Source: Sphingomicrobium sp. (GTDB taxonomy: Bacteria; Pseudomonadota; Alphaproteobacteria; Sphingomonadales; Sphingomonadaceae). Taken from it: a DNA stretch of 64,000 bases. Where the stretch lies: assembly GCA_035494075.1 (NCBI GenBank), contig DATJHF010000041.1:6237-70236 (forward strand). Reading direction: 5' to 3'. Under the pieces are notes generated by a model, which worked only from the letters and a program-made list of their open reading frames with translations, was not told the origin of the DNA and searched no databases. A program made the position numbers and the translations under genes. This document shows positions 51,779-62,301 of this stretch, piece by piece (the stretch's first letter is position 1; each line of letters begins with the position of its first letter).

Positions 51779-52285
51779 GTGACTGGGCCGTTAATCGTCA
51801 CCGCAGACTTATCACCGCCTGACTTTGCTTGGCTGGAGGGCCTGCGCCGAGCAAATTACCCTGCCGAACTTAATCGCGTTCCAGTCCATCTGACGATGTT
51901 CCAGGGGCTGCCGCCGTCGGCCGTCGAGGAAGTCCGCCGCCAGTTGGCGCAACATGCGGCGGCACCGGCGCCCGAGGCGATCATTGCCGGGTTGATGGAT
52001 TTTGGCGGCGGCGTTGCATTCCGAGTTGTGTCCGACGAGCTAGGGGCGATCAGGGACGCAATCGCCGATCATTTCCATGGCCTGCTGAGCGCCCCGGATG
52101 CCGCAGGCTGGCGGCCGCACATTACAATCCAGAACAAGGTACCGGTTAGACAGGCAAAGGCGCTGATCGAGCGGTTGGAAGAAAGTTTCCGTCCGCGGCG
52201 GCTAGGGATCGCAGGTCTGTCGGTCCACCGCTATCGGGGCGGCCCCTGGGAAACGCTGGCTACCTACAAGTTCCGCGGAGCCTAG
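51779..52285 (+). CDS. 2H-phosphoesterase (2'-5' RNA ligase superfamily)
   Basis: Two HxT motifs: VHLTMF and PHITIQ; GTG start inferred. Confidence 0.82.
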   Translation: MTGPLIVTADLSPPDFAWLEGLRRANYPAELNRVPVHLTMFQGLPPSAVEEVRRQLAQHAAAPAPEAIIAGLMDFGGGVAFRVVSDELGAIRDAIADHFHGLLSAPDAAGWRPHITIQNKVPVRQAKALIERLEESFRPRRLGIAGLSVHRYRGGPWETLATYKFRGA

Positions 52286-52692
52286 CTGAGATCCCCGACG
52301 GCGTCGCAGTTCAGGTCGAACGCGGCGAGGCCTGCCTCAAGGACGGAAGCCAGCATCGGCATGTCCATCAGCTCCTCGACGACATTGCCTTCCTCGGACG
52401 CCGCCTCGAACGCTTCATCCCAGTCGGATGCGTCATAGGTGCCTTGGCCGACCCAAGCGAAAGCGAGCAGCTCAGCCTGCTGATCGTCCGCCAGGTCCTC
52501 AAGCGAGGCAATCAGCTCTTCCTCGACGCTGGTGTTGATTGAATCGTCGAGGACGGAGAGCGTTTCTTCGCCTTCGTCATCGACGTTTTCGGGAGCCTCG
52601 CCCCCGTCATAATCGGTCGGAACCTGTGCCTCATATTCCTTTGCGCGGAGGATGATGCGGCAAAGCGTGTCGAGCGGTGTCAGCGGTTCCAT
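52282..52692 (-). CDS. DUF3775-like acidic protein
   Basis: IILRAKEY...QQAELLAFAWVGQGTY..DWDEA...PMLASVLEAGL. Confidence 0.8.
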   Translation of the reverse strand: MEPLTPLDTLCRIILRAKEYEAQVPTDYDGGEAPENVDDEGEETLSVLDDSINTSVEEELIASLEDLADDQQAELLAFAWVGQGTYDASDWDEAFEAASEEGNVVEELMDMPMLASVLEAGLAAFDLNCDAVGDLS

Positions 52693-52723
52693 CGGGTTAC
52701 AGGCCTCCTGTTCCTCGCCCTTG

Positions 52724-52748
52724 AACGAGGGGAAGGGTGGCGGGTTCC
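52724..52748 (-). promoter_or_regulatory. EcfG/SigT general-stress promoter of the DUF3775 gene
   Basis: Exact GGAAC-N16-CGTT on the minus strand. Confidence 0.75.
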
Positions 52749-52756
52749 ACCCCTTG

Positions 52757-52785
52757 TTGACGCCTACATGGTTGCTACTTATAGG
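52757..52785 (+). promoter_or_regulatory. Sigma70 promoter of tRNA-Met
   Basis: TTGACG-N17-TATAGG. Confidence 0.65.
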
Positions 52786-52818
52786 CCCGCGACGCGCCCT
52801 TCGGGCATTGCCTTTTGG

Positions 52819-52895
52819 GGCGGAGTAGCTCAGCTGGTTAGAGCAGCGGAATCATAATCCGCGTGTCGGGGGTTCAAGTCCCTCCTCCGCTACCA
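52819..52895 (+). tRNA. tRNA-Met (CAT), probably elongator
   Basis: Acceptor GGCGGAG/CTCCGCT, anticodon arm GCGGA-ATCATAA-TCCGC, CCA; lacks initiator features; Ile2 not fully excluded. Confidence 0.92.
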
Positions 52896-53037
52896 ACCTA
52901 GTCATGCTCATCAAATGCATGGCAGCGGCGCTTTCGGACACCTCGGCATCGCCTGTAAAGATTCAGTCGCATCATTGCTGGAGCCGTCCCGCTGCCCTAC
53001 GCTGGCGTTTTTAAGCCTGTAGCGGATCCCTCAGCGT

Positions 53038-53718
53038 ATGATTTCCTGGTTTCAACGACGGTACCTCGACGTGCTTGGGTCAATTTATATTTACAACGAA
53101 CATCGCGGCTATACCGCGATCGACCGGGTGCTTGAGGCGGTACGGTCGCGCTGGCCCGACGACCATGAATTCATCGCCAAGATCGAGAAGCATCGCGTGG
53201 ACGAGCGAAAGCATTACATGATGTTTCGCCGCTGGTTCGAGCGCCGGGGCACCATGCCGATCGCCGTCGATCGGGCCTTCGGCCACATCGACCGGTTCAT
53301 CGGCATCATGTTCCGGTCTTCCATCGACGAACTGGACCAGATGAAACTCGTCAGCGACGACCGGCAGTTCGCCCGACTGTGCCGCGTGATTTCGCTAACG
53401 GAAAAGCGAGGCCATCGCCAAGTTGAAATTCTCCTGCGCCATCCGATTGTCCGCAAGGATCCAAGCCTGATGAAGACATTCCGGATCATCGAAGTCGATG
53501 AACCGAGTCACTGGACGCCCTACGATGGCTGGCTCACGGACCATGGCCGGCGGCAGCCGAGTTGGTGGGAAGGGATTATCGACGCGTTCATCCACCGCGA
53601 GCTGCTGTTCCTGAAGCTTCCGATCCTGTTCCTGACGCCGCGCCTTGGCCGCCGGGCGACTTGGCCGGACGAACATGATCCGGTTCGCGTCGGCGCCGCA
53701 GTCGCTGCGAGCGCCTAA
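53038..53718 (+). CDS. Ferritin-like diiron four-helix-bundle protein
   Basis: E...ExxH...E...ExxH pattern: YNEHRG, DERKH, TEKRG, DEPSH. Confidence 0.8.
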   Translation: MISWFQRRYLDVLGSIYIYNEHRGYTAIDRVLEAVRSRWPDDHEFIAKIEKHRVDERKHYMMFRRWFERRGTMPIAVDRAFGHIDRFIGIMFRSSIDELDQMKLVSDDRQFARLCRVISLTEKRGHRQVEILLRHPIVRKDPSLMKTFRIIEVDEPSHWTPYDGWLTDHGRRQPSWWEGIIDAFIHRELLFLKLPILFLTPRLGRRATWPDEHDPVRVGAAVAASA

Positions 53719-53778
53719 ATTTCGACTGCCGCACCTCTAGCCCTCCGGGACCGGCACCCCAGGCTAGCTTGGGCCGCC

Positions 53779-54714
53779 TTGGGCCAGGATGGCGAATGGC
53801 TGGTGGTGCTGGCCGTTGTGACCGCGCTCGAATTGGGCTGGTGGGCCCTTACCTGGAGCATCGGCGCAACGCCGGCGCCGTGGGTCACGACCTATGTTTT
53901 GATCGCCGCCGCCGGAGTCGCTGCGGCCGGAGTGATGCGCTTTGTAGCAGGCAGGGGGGCGCCGCCAGCACATTGGCTGGCCGTCATGCTCGGGACGGTC
54001 CTGACCGGTATCGGGGCAAGCGCCTTCCTTCCGCTCAAATATGCGATTCCGAAGTTAATGCCGTTCTGGCTCGATGGACCGCTGGCAGTAGGGGAGCGCC
54101 TTTTGTTCGGCGGCGACCCGTGGCTGTTGCTGGACCGCGTCTTGGGGTGGGCAACAGCGCCCCTGGACCTGCTCTATGGCTGTTGGCTGCCAACGCAGTT
54201 GCTGGTCATGTTTTCCGTCATGGTCGCTCGGCCGTCCCAGGCCAAGTCTCGCGCGCTGATTGCCTATACGATGGCGTGGTTCCTGCTGGGCGTGGTTGCG
54301 GCGCTGCTCCTCGCCTCCGCAGGGCCGATTTTCTACGATCGGCTGTTCGGCGGCAGCAACTTTGCCGGACTGGACGAAACGCTGCGAGCTCGCGGAGCCT
54401 TGATCGCGCTCGCGGAATCCGACGCGATGTGGAATTCGTGGGCGAGCGGGCACCCTGGATTTGTCGCCGGAATGTCCGCCGTGCCGTCGATCCATGTCGC
54501 CGTCAGCCTTTGGATCTATCTCGTGGCCAGAACGATGGCGCCGCGTGCTGCAAAGGCGGCCTTCCTCTACTTTGCGCTGATCTGGCTGGGGTCAGTCCAG
54601 CTGGGCTGGCATTATGTCGCCGATGGCCTGGCCGGCGCGCTCGGCATGCTCGCCGTGTGGAAATTATCCGGCGCACTGCAAGGGACTCTGGAAAAGCGGA
54701 CGCTTTCGAGCTGA
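53779..54714 (+). CDS. PAP2 superfamily membrane enzyme, Aur1/Ipt1-like (PAP2_3)
   Basis: About 8 TMs, SAGPIFY, SAVPSIHV, LGWHYVADG; start uncertain. Confidence 0.78.
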   Translation: MGQDGEWLVVLAVVTALELGWWALTWSIGATPAPWVTTYVLIAAAGVAAAGVMRFVAGRGAPPAHWLAVMLGTVLTGIGASAFLPLKYAIPKLMPFWLDGPLAVGERLLFGGDPWLLLDRVLGWATAPLDLLYGCWLPTQLLVMFSVMVARPSQAKSRALIAYTMAWFLLGVVAALLLASAGPIFYDRLFGGSNFAGLDETLRARGALIALAESDAMWNSWASGHPGFVAGMSAVPSIHVAVSLWIYLVARTMAPRAAKAAFLYFALIWLGSVQLGWHYVADGLAGALGMLAVWKLSGALQGTLEKRTLSS

Positions 54715-54732
54715 TCCTGCCGCAATTCGCGC

Positions 54733-54877
54733 AAACAAAAACGCCAGGGCACTAGTCCCGGGCGTCCTTGCGTGACGATTGCTCGTCAGCCCCCTTGGAA
54801 GTTTCGAAGCGCCTCTGCCCCCTGACAGGCGTCGGCATCCTCCCCGGACTTCCGGCCTGACGACCACGTCCGTGGGC
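54733..54877 (-). ncRNA. Candidate ~145-nt sRNA divergent from proS (alpha-r9-like)
   Basis: Minus-strand terminator GACGCCCGGG-actagtg-CCCTGGCGTTTTT, TGACGA-GCAA-TCGTCA hairpin, GGGGAGGATGCCGACGCC..GGGCAGAGGCGC core; length and proS context match my recollection of alpha-r9. Confidence 0.6.
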
Positions 54878-55045
54878 ATTGGCTAATCGCGGGTGACGAG
54901 TCTTGTCACGCCGAATCGCGCAGTACAGACACATTCTTGTGTCTCCTGTGACCGTCGCGCCACAGGCTCCGCGGTGATTGCCTTGGGCGGGGCGGCTCAC
55001 TAGGACAACTCGAAATCCCTGCTCGCCAACCCGGAAAGTCACCTC

Positions 55046-56368
55046 TTGCGTCTCTCCCGCAGTTTCCTGCCCGTCTTGAAGGAAAGCCCTTCGGATGCCC
55101 AGATCGTCAGCCACAAGCTGATGCTTCGCGCCGGCTTGGTGCGCCAGACCGCCGCCGGCATCTATGCCTGGCTGCCGATCGGCTTCAAGGTCTTGAAGAA
55201 GATCGAGCAGATCGTCCGTGAAGAGCAGGACCGGGCTGGGGCGATCGAAATGCTGATGCCGACGCTCCAGTCGGCTGACCTCTGGCGTCAGTCGGGCCGC
55301 TATGACGCCTATGGCCCGGAAATGCTGCGCATCAAGGACCGCCACGACCGCGAGATGCTCTACGGGCCGACTAACGAGGAGATGATTACCGACATCTTCA
55401 AGGAAGGCGCCAGGAGCTACCGCGACTTGCCGCGCACCCTTTACCACATCCAGTGGAAGTTCCGTGACGAGGTCCGCCCGCGGTTCGGTGTGATGCGCGG
55501 CCGCGAGTTCCTGATGAAGGACGCCTATTCGTTCGACCTGGATGAGGCGGGGGCCCGCCAGAGCTATTACAAGCAGCTGCTGGCCTATCTCCGGACCTTT
55601 CAGCGGATGGGAATTCGTGCCGTACCGATGAAGGCTGCGTCGGGCCCTATCGGCGGCGATCTTAGCCATGAGTTCATCGTCCTCGCCCCGACCGGCGAAA
55701 GCGAGGTCTTCTACGATGCTGCGTTCGAGGAGTTCGACTGGGCGCAGGCCGACCTGTCCTATGGGGACGGCGCCGGGCTCGAAGACTTGTTCAAGCAGGT
55801 GAGCTCGACCTACTCGGCGACCGACGAGACGCATGACCCGGCGCGCTGGGGTGAGGTTGCGGCGGATCGCCAGCGACAGGGCCGCGGGATCGAGGTCGGG
55901 CACATTTTCTACTTCGGCACCAAATATTCGGCCTCAATGGGGTTAAAAGTATCCGGTCCCGACGGATCGATGGTCTATCCGGAGATGGGGAGCTACGGCG
56001 TCGGCGTGTCGCGCCTTGTGGGGGCCATTATCGAGGCCAGTCATGACGACAATGGCATCATCTGGCCGGAAGCGGTCGCGCCGTGGAAGGTCGGGTTGGT
56101 GACGATGCGCGGCGATGACGAAGCTTCCATCGCCGCCGCGGAGGAGATTTATGCGAAATTGACCGCTGCAGGCGTTGAAGTACTCTACGACGACCGCGAC
56201 GAACGTGGTGGGGTGAAGCTCGGCAGCATGGACCTGATCGGCCTGCCGTGGCAGCTGATCATCGGCCCGCGCGGGCTTGCACAGGGCCTGGTCGAGCTCA
56301 AGAATCGCGCAACCGGCGACAAGCAGGAACTTTCGATCGAGTCTGCGCTGGAGCGCTTAACCTCATGA
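55046..56368 (+). CDS. proS: Proline--tRNA ligase (short alphaproteobacterial type)
   Basis: [48 protein letters not shown]. Confidence 0.98.
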   Translation: MRLSRSFLPVLKESPSDAQIVSHKLMLRAGLVRQTAAGIYAWLPIGFKVLKKIEQIVREEQDRAGAIEMLMPTLQSADLWRQSGRYDAYGPEMLRIKDRHDREMLYGPTNEEMITDIFKEGARSYRDLPRTLYHIQWKFRDEVRPRFGVMRGREFLMKDAYSFDLDEAGARQSYYKQLLAYLRTFQRMGIRAVPMKAASGPIGGDLSHEFIVLAPTGESEVFYDAAFEEFDWAQADLSYGDGAGLEDLFKQVSSTYSATDETHDPARWGEVAADRQRQGRGIEVGHIFYFGTKYSASMGLKVSGPDGSMVYPEMGSYGVGVSRLVGAIIEASHDDNGIIWPEAVAPWKVGLVTMRGDDEASIAAAEEIYAKLTAAGVEVLYDDRDERGGVKLGSMDLIGLPWQLIIGPRGLAQGLVELKNRATGDKQELSIESALERLTS

Positions 56369-57615
56369 TTCTCAATGCTTATGAGAGGATGATCGCCAAG
56401 CGCTACCTGGTCCCGGTGAAGGGCGAACGGTTCGTCTTCGTCGTAGCTGGATTTTCGGTTGGCGCGGTGGCGCTGGGAGTCGCGGCCCTGATCATCGTGA
56501 TGAGCGTCATGAACGGCTTCCGCGCTGAGCTGTTCGACAAGGTCGTTGGCCTCAACGGCCATGCGATCATTCAGGGATATGACGGGCGCCTTTCCAACTG
56601 GCAGCAAATTGCCGATGCGGCCAATAAAACTCCCGGGGTACAATCGGCCAAGCCCCTGATCGAGCAACCGCTGATGGCCACGGCCAACGGCCGGGTCGAG
56701 GGCGTGCTGGTCCGCGGCAACACCGTCCAGGACATCCGGACCAACCCGGTGCTGAACGGCAAGATCATATCCGGCGACCTGAAATCAATCGCACCGGGCA
56801 GCGGACGGGTCGCGATCGGCGCGCGCCTGGCGGAGGCTCTTGGCGCCTATCCGGGGTCGGAGATATCGCTGATCAGCCCGGACGGGCGGTCTACCCCGGT
56901 CGGGACGGTGCCAAGGATCGTCACCTACACGGTCGGGGCGATCTTTGAGGTTGGAATCTATCAATATGACGAGGCCTTCGTCGTCATGCCGATGCAGGAC
57001 GCGCAGACGCTTCTGATGCTTGGCGACCAGGTCGGAATGGTCGAGGTGCAGGTCGACAACCCGGACAAGGTCGGCGAAACGCTGGCCCCGCTTCGGCCGC
57101 TGGTCCAGGGCAGGGGCATCATCGTCGACTGGAAGCAGATGAATAGCGCGCTGTTCGAGGCGCTGGAGGTCGAGCGGATCGCAATGTTTGTCGTTTTGTG
57201 CATCATCATCCTGGTGGCGGCGTTCAACATCGCCAGCTCGCTGATCATGCTGGTCCGGGCCAAGACGCGGGACATTGCGATCCTGCGGACGATGGGCGCC
57301 AGCCGGCGGTCGATGCTGAGGATCTTCATGACCGTTGGCCTTACGATCGGCCTGATTGGTATCGTGATCGGCTCGCTCCTTGGTGCGGTGTTCCTCTTCT
57401 TCCGCCAGGGAGTAATAAATTTCATCCAGCTGATCACCGGGCAGAATTTATGGGACCCCTCCGTTCGGTTTCTGACCGAACTGCCGTCTCGCACCGATCC
57501 GTTCGAGGTTGCGGCAATCCTTACCGTGACGCTGGTGCTGACCTACATCGCGACGCTGTTCCCCGCACGCGGGGCAGCAAACACCGACCCGGTCCAGGTG
57601 CTCCGCTATGAATGA
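56365..57615 (+). CDS. lolE: Lipoprotein-releasing ABC transporter permease LolE/LolC
   Basis: [46 protein letters not shown]; ATG 56365. Confidence 0.93.
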   Translation: MILNAYERMIAKRYLVPVKGERFVFVVAGFSVGAVALGVAALIIVMSVMNGFRAELFDKVVGLNGHAIIQGYDGRLSNWQQIADAANKTPGVQSAKPLIEQPLMATANGRVEGVLVRGNTVQDIRTNPVLNGKIISGDLKSIAPGSGRVAIGARLAEALGAYPGSEISLISPDGRSTPVGTVPRIVTYTVGAIFEVGIYQYDEAFVVMPMQDAQTLLMLGDQVGMVEVQVDNPDKVGETLAPLRPLVQGRGIIVDWKQMNSALFEALEVERIAMFVVLCIIILVAAFNIASSLIMLVRAKTRDIAILRTMGASRRSMLRIFMTVGLTIGLIGIVIGSLLGAVFLFFRQGVINFIQLITGQNLWDPSVRFLTELPSRTDPFEVAAILTVTLVLTYIATLFPARGAANTDPVQVLRYE

Positions 57616-58282
57616 GGCAGTGCTCCAGACGCGCAGCTTGAAGCGCAGCTTTACCCAGGGCGGGGTGACGATCGAGGTTCTCCGCGACGTCAATCTCGCG
57701 GTCCAGCCAGGCGAGATCGTGGCTTTGCTCGGGCCGTCAGGCTCCGGCAAATCGACGCTCCTGCAGGCGGTTGGCTTGCTCGAGGGCGGGTTTGAAGGCT
57801 CTATCCGCATTGCCGGGCGAGAGGCTTCGGCGCTCGACGACGATGGGCGTACCGCCCTGCGCCGCGACACGCTGGGCTTCGTCTACCAATTCCACCACCT
57901 GCTGCCCGACTTCAATGCGCTGGAAAATGTACTTCTGCCGCAGATTATCCATGGCGCGGACGAGCCCACGGCGAGGAATCGGGCCGAGGAATTGCTCGGC
58001 AAGCTTGGGCTGGAGCAGCGCCTCGAACACCGGCCGGCCAAGCTTTCGGGCGGCGAGCAGCAAAGGGTCGCGGTGGCTCGCGCGCTTGCCAACCGCCCGC
58101 CGCTGGTGCTGGCCGACGAGCCGACCGGCAACCTCGACGAGGTCACCGCCGACCGGGTATTGGCCGAGTTCCTGGCGCTGGTCCGCGGCGAAGGCAGCGC
58201 GGCACTGATCGCAACCCACAACGAACGCCTCGCCGCCAAGATGGATCGCGTCGTGAGATTGCACGAAGGGGTGCTGGAATGA
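57608..58282 (+). CDS. lolD: Lipoprotein-releasing ABC transporter ATPase LolD
   Basis: [37 protein letters not shown]. Confidence 0.94.
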   Translation: MNEAVLQTRSLKRSFTQGGVTIEVLRDVNLAVQPGEIVALLGPSGSGKSTLLQAVGLLEGGFEGSIRIAGREASALDDDGRTALRRDTLGFVYQFHHLLPDFNALENVLLPQIIHGADEPTARNRAEELLGKLGLEQRLEHRPAKLSGGEQQRVAVARALANRPPLVLADEPTGNLDEVTADRVLAEFLALVRGEGSAALIATHNERLAAKMDRVVRLHEGVLE

Positions 58283-58758
58283 CCGACCTTGCTTCAATTC
58301 CCGTCCAGGCTCCGGACGGATCGACCACCGACCTCAGCTCGCACAAGGGCGAGGTGATGCTGATCGTCAATGTTGCCTCCAAGTGCGGGTTCACCCCGCA
58401 ATATGAAGGACTTGAGGCGCTCCAGCGCAAATATGGCGCGCGGGGGTTCAGCGTCGTCGGCTTCCCCTGCAACCAGTTCGGCTCGCAAGAGCCGGGGGAT
58501 GCCGAGGAAATCGCCAATTTCTGCAAGCTTACTTATGACGTCAGCTTCCCGGTGATGGGCAAGATTGACGTCAACGGCGACAATGCCGCACCGATCTACC
58601 AGCATCTCAAGGAGGCGGCGCCGGGGCTACTGGGATCGAAATCGATCAAGTGGAACTTCACCAAGTTCCTGGTCGACCGTGCAGGCAAAGTATTGAAGCG
58701 CTATCCGCCCCAGACCAAGCCTGAGGACCTCACGCGCGATATCGAGGCGGTGCTTTAG
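58279..58758 (+). CDS. Glutathione peroxidase family (Cys type)
   Basis: [26 protein letters not shown]. Confidence 0.95.
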   Translation: MTDLASIPVQAPDGSTTDLSSHKGEVMLIVNVASKCGFTPQYEGLEALQRKYGARGFSVVGFPCNQFGSQEPGDAEEIANFCKLTYDVSFPVMGKIDVNGDNAAPIYQHLKEAAPGLLGSKSIKWNFTKFLVDRAGKVLKRYPPQTKPEDLTRDIEAVL

Positions 58759-58820
58759 CTGGGGATAAGTCGGCGCCCGGCGCTGGCGATTCAGCGTCAT
58801 ATTCCCCATAGTCGCGGGCA

Positions 58821-61800
58821 ATGTCCGCGCCCTACGTTCCGCTTCGCGTCTTTTCCTCCTTCACCATGCTCGAAGGTGCGATCGAACCCAAGGCGATCGC
58901 CAAACAGGCCAAGAAGCTCGGTTTCCCGGCGATCGGTCTCAATGACCGCAATGGCCTCTATGCCGCGATGCCGTTTGGCGAGGCCTGCATGGCAGAAGGC
59001 GTGCAGCCGATCACCGGAGCGCTGCTGGCCGTGGCTCGGCCCGACGATATCGGCCCAGCCGGCAAGCTCGACTGGCTAGTGCTGCTGGCCCAGGATGAGG
59101 TCGGCTACGACAATCTCTGCCGCCTCGTCTCCGCGGCGCACCTCGATCGGCCTATTCAAGAGGAACCGCATGTAGGCTTCGAGGCGCTGCACGGCTCGAC
59201 CGAGGGACTGATCGCCCTGACGGCTGGCGGCGAAGGCGCATTGGCACGGCTCTTCTCCGACGGCCAGTCGGACAAGGCTGGGAGCTATGCGGGGAAACTG
59301 AAGGCGCTGTTCCCGGGGCGTCTCTACGTGGAGCTGTCGCGTCGCGGCGATCCGGTCGAGGAAACTGCGGAAGCGCCACTGATTGAATTGGCTTACGCGC
59401 TCGAACTGCCCCTGGTCGCGACCAACCCGGCCCAATATGCCGAGCCCCAGTTTCACGCCGCGCACGACGCGATGCTGTGCATTGCCGCCTCCACCTACGT
59501 GGATAATAGCGAACGCCGCACTTCATCGGCCGAAGCCTGGCTTAAATCCGGTGCGATGATGGCGGAACTGTTCGGAGATTTGCCGGAGGCCATCGCCAAC
59601 ACTGCCGTGATCGCCCAGCGCTGTGCGGTAGCTGCGCCGAAACGGCGGCCGATCCTACCGCGCCTTAGCGATGATGAGGACGAAACGCTGCGTCGCGAGG
59701 CCCAAGCCGGCCTGGAACTGCGATTGAAAGGCCGTCCGGAGGAGGACCGGGCGCAATATCGGGAGCGGCTTGAGTTCGAAATCGACGTCATCACCAGGAT
59801 GGGTTTCGCCGGGTACTTCCTGATCGTCGCCGACTTCATCAAATGGGCCAAGGCCAACGACATCCCGGTCGGGCCTGGACGCGGGTCCGGTGCGGGCAGC
59901 GTTGTCGCCTGGTCTCTGACCATCACCGACCTAGATCCGATTGCACTTAACCTGCTGTTCGAGCGCTTCCTAAACCCAGAGCGCGTGTCGATGCCCGATT
60001 TCGACATCGACTTCTGCGAAACCCACCGCGACAAGGTGATCACCTACGTCCAGGGCAAATATGGCCGCGACAAGGTCGCCCAGATCATCACCTTTGGGCG
60101 GCTTAAGGCTCGCGCCGTGCTCAAGGACACCGGACGCGTCCTGCAGATGAGCTACGGCCAGGTCGACCGCCTGGCCAAGCTGGTGCCAAACCATCCAACC
60201 GACCCCTGGACGCTGGAACGCAGCCTCAACGGCGTAGCGGAACTAGAGAAGGAATATCGCTCGGACCCGGACGTGAAGCGGTTGTTCGACCTCGCAATGA
60301 AGCTCGAGGGGCTGCCGCGGCACAGTTCGACCCATGCTGCCGGCGTGGTAATCGGTGATCGGCCGCTCAACCAACTGGTCCCGCTCTACCGCGACCCGCG
60401 TTCCGACATGCCGGTCACGCAGTTCGACATGAAATATGTCGAGAGCGCGGGACTGGTTAAATTCGACTTCCTTGGGCTCAAGACATTGTCGGTTCTGAAG
60501 GAAGGTCAGCGCCTGCTAGCCCAGCGTGGAATCGAGGTCGATTTCGCGTCGCTGCCATGGGACGATCCAGCGGTCTATGAGCTACTCCAGCGCGGCGAAA
60601 CGGTTGGCGTGTTCCAGCTGGAATCGGAGGGCATGCGCCGCACGCTGGCCCAGGTCCGGCCATCCAACTTTGGCGACATCATCGCCCTCGTATCGCTCTA
60701 CCGTCCAGGCCCGATGGACAACATCCCGCTCTTCGGCGATCGCAAGAACGGCCGGGTGCCCATCGCCTATCCGCACCCCATGCTCGAAGCGGTGCTCAAG
60801 GAAACCTACGGCATTTTCGTCTACCAAGAGCAGGTGATGGAGGCGGCCAAGGTGCTGGCCGGCTATTCGCTGGGAGAGGCCGACCTTCTGCGCCGTGCAA
60901 TGGGCAAGAAGATTCAGTCGGAAATGGACGCCCAGCGCGCCCGATTCATCGAGGGCGCAGCCAAGAATGATATCTCGCCTGGCAAGGCGAACGAACTGTT
61001 CGACTTGATCGACAAGTTTGCCGGCTACGGCTTCAACAAGAGCCACGCGGCAGCTTACGCCCTGGTCGCCTACCACACCGCCTGGCTCAAGGCGCATCAC
61101 CCGGCCGAGTTTTTTGCCGCGTCGATGAGTTTCGACATGGCGCAGACGGACAAGCTGGCGCTGTTCGTCGAGGACATTCGTCGAAGCGGCGTCGAGTGCC
61201 TGCCGCCTGACGTCAACTCCAGCGAGGCGGCGTTTAGCGTCGAAGCGGGCAAGGTCCGTTATGCGCTCGGCGCGCTCAAGGGCGTCGGAGAGAAGGCGAT
61301 GGACGCTCTCGTCGTCGAGCGAGATGCGCATGGCCCGTTCAACAGCCTCGACGAGTTCGCCGAGCGGATCGATCCGCGGCTGCTCAATCGCCGGCAGCTT
61401 GAAAGCCTGGCCGCGGCGGGAGCATTTGATGCGCTGAACCCGGATCGGCCGTCGATATTCATGGGCGCTGAAACGATCCTGGCCCATGCCGCGTCAGCGC
61501 ACGATCAACGGACCAGCGGCCAGCACGGCCTGTTTGGCGGAGCATCGGAAAGCGGAGTTGCGCCGATCCGGCTGCCCCGCGATTCCCGCTGGTCGCTGGC
61601 GGAAAGAATGACCGCCGAACGCGATGCCTTTGGCTTCTATTTCTCAGCCCATCCCGTCGATGCCCAACGCCACCTGCTGGCCGCACACAAGGTCCGCAGC
61701 TTTGCCGATCTGTCCGAGCTGCCGCTGTCCGAAGGGCGATCGTCGGCGACAATGGCCGGCCTGATCGAAAGCACTCGCTGGCGGACGTCGGCCAAGGGCC

Positions 61801-62264
61801 GGCGCTATCTGATGGCGACCATTTCCGATGCAAGCGGGCAATATGAAGCCACGGCGTTCGACGACGAGCCGTCTTCCGATCTTGAGCGGGCAGCCAAGGC
61901 CGCGGCGTGCGGCCTGCTGACGGTCGAGCTCGACCGGCGGCCCGGTGAGGAAACTCCGCGTGTCACGATCAAGCGCTTTCAGCCACTCGAGAACCTGGCC
62001 AAGCGCGCACGCCTGCAAATCGACCTTAGGGTTGAAGATGTTGCACTAATCCCTGCCGTGAGGCGCGAACTTGAGACGGCGAAGGGCGGCAATGGAATTG
62101 TTCGCGCAACGCTCGCGGTCAGCGAGGGCAGGCAAGCGACCCTGTTGCTTGGGCGCGACTTCAGCCTTGACGCCGACCTTGCTGCCCGGCTCACCCGGAT
62201 CCTCGGAGAAGGCTCCGTCGAACTGACCGCGCAGGAGCCGCCAAGACTGGCGTTGGTCGGTTAG
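58821..62264 (+). CDS. dnaE: DNA polymerase III alpha subunit
   Basis: GPGRGSGAGS, LLFERFLNPERVSMPDFDIDF, KFDFLGL, YGFNKSHA. Confidence 0.98.
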   Translation: MSAPYVPLRVFSSFTMLEGAIEPKAIAKQAKKLGFPAIGLNDRNGLYAAMPFGEACMAEGVQPITGALLAVARPDDIGPAGKLDWLVLLAQDEVGYDNLCRLVSAAHLDRPIQEEPHVGFEALHGSTEGLIALTAGGEGALARLFSDGQSDKAGSYAGKLKALFPGRLYVELSRRGDPVEETAEAPLIELAYALELPLVATNPAQYAEPQFHAAHDAMLCIAASTYVDNSERRTSSAEAWLKSGAMMAELFGDLPEAIANTAVIAQRCAVAAPKRRPILPRLSDDEDETLRREAQAGLELRLKGRPEEDRAQYRERLEFEIDVITRMGFAGYFLIVADFIKWAKANDIPVGPGRGSGAGSVVAWSLTITDLDPIALNLLFERFLNPERVSMPDFDIDFCETHRDKVITYVQGKYGRDKVAQIITFGRLKARAVLKDTGRVLQMSYGQVDRLAKLVPNHPTDPWTLERSLNGVAELEKEYRSDPDVKRLFDLAMKLEGLPRHSSTHAAGVVIGDRPLNQLVPLYRDPRSDMPVTQFDMKYVESAGLVKFDFLGLKTLSVLKEGQRLLAQRGIEVDFASLPWDDPAVYELLQRGETVGVFQLESEGMRRTLAQVRPSNFGDIIALVSLYRPGPMDNIPLFGDRKNGRVPIAYPHPMLEAVLKETYGIFVYQEQVMEAAKVLAGYSLGEADLLRRAMGKKIQSEMDAQRARFIEGAAKNDISPGKANELFDLIDKFAGYGFNKSHAAAYALVAYHTAWLKAHHPAEFFAASMSFDMAQTDKLALFVEDIRRSGVECLPPDVNSSEAAFSVEAGKVRYALGALKGVGEKAMDALVVERDAHGPFNSLDEFAERIDPRLLNRRQLESLAAAGAFDALNPDRPSIFMGAETILAHAASAHDQRTSGQHGLFGGASESGVAPIRLPRDSRWSLAERMTAERDAFGFYFSAHPVDAQRHLLAAHKVRSFADLSELPLSEGRSSATMAGLIESTRWRTSAKGRRYLMATISDASGQYEATAFDDEPSSDLERAAKAAACGLLTVELDRRPGEETPRVTIKRFQPLENLAKRARLQIDLRVEDVALIPAVRRELETAKGGNGIVRATLAVSEGRQATLLLGRDFSLDADLAARLTRILGEGSVELTAQEPPRLALVG

Positions 62265-62301
62265 AACGGCCCGTGCTTGCCGCCCCCCGGCAAGCTGCGC
62301 A

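Noticed and set aside
41151-54714. Genomic island at the tRNA genes
   Set aside because: No integrase or transposase, and I saw no duplicated tRNA 3' end
54752-54838. 28-aa peptide MPTPVRGQRRFETSKGADEQSSRKDARD inside the sRNA candidate
   Set aside because: The SD-like GGGGAGG directly abuts the ATG with no spacer and the stop falls in the terminator loop; non-coding is more likely, though Ribo-seq would decide
54780-54880. Possible SRP RNA or 6S RNA
   Set aside because: Lacks the SRP domain IV CAGG..GGAAGGAAGCAG motif and the 6S long-duplex structure and zapA/ygfA context
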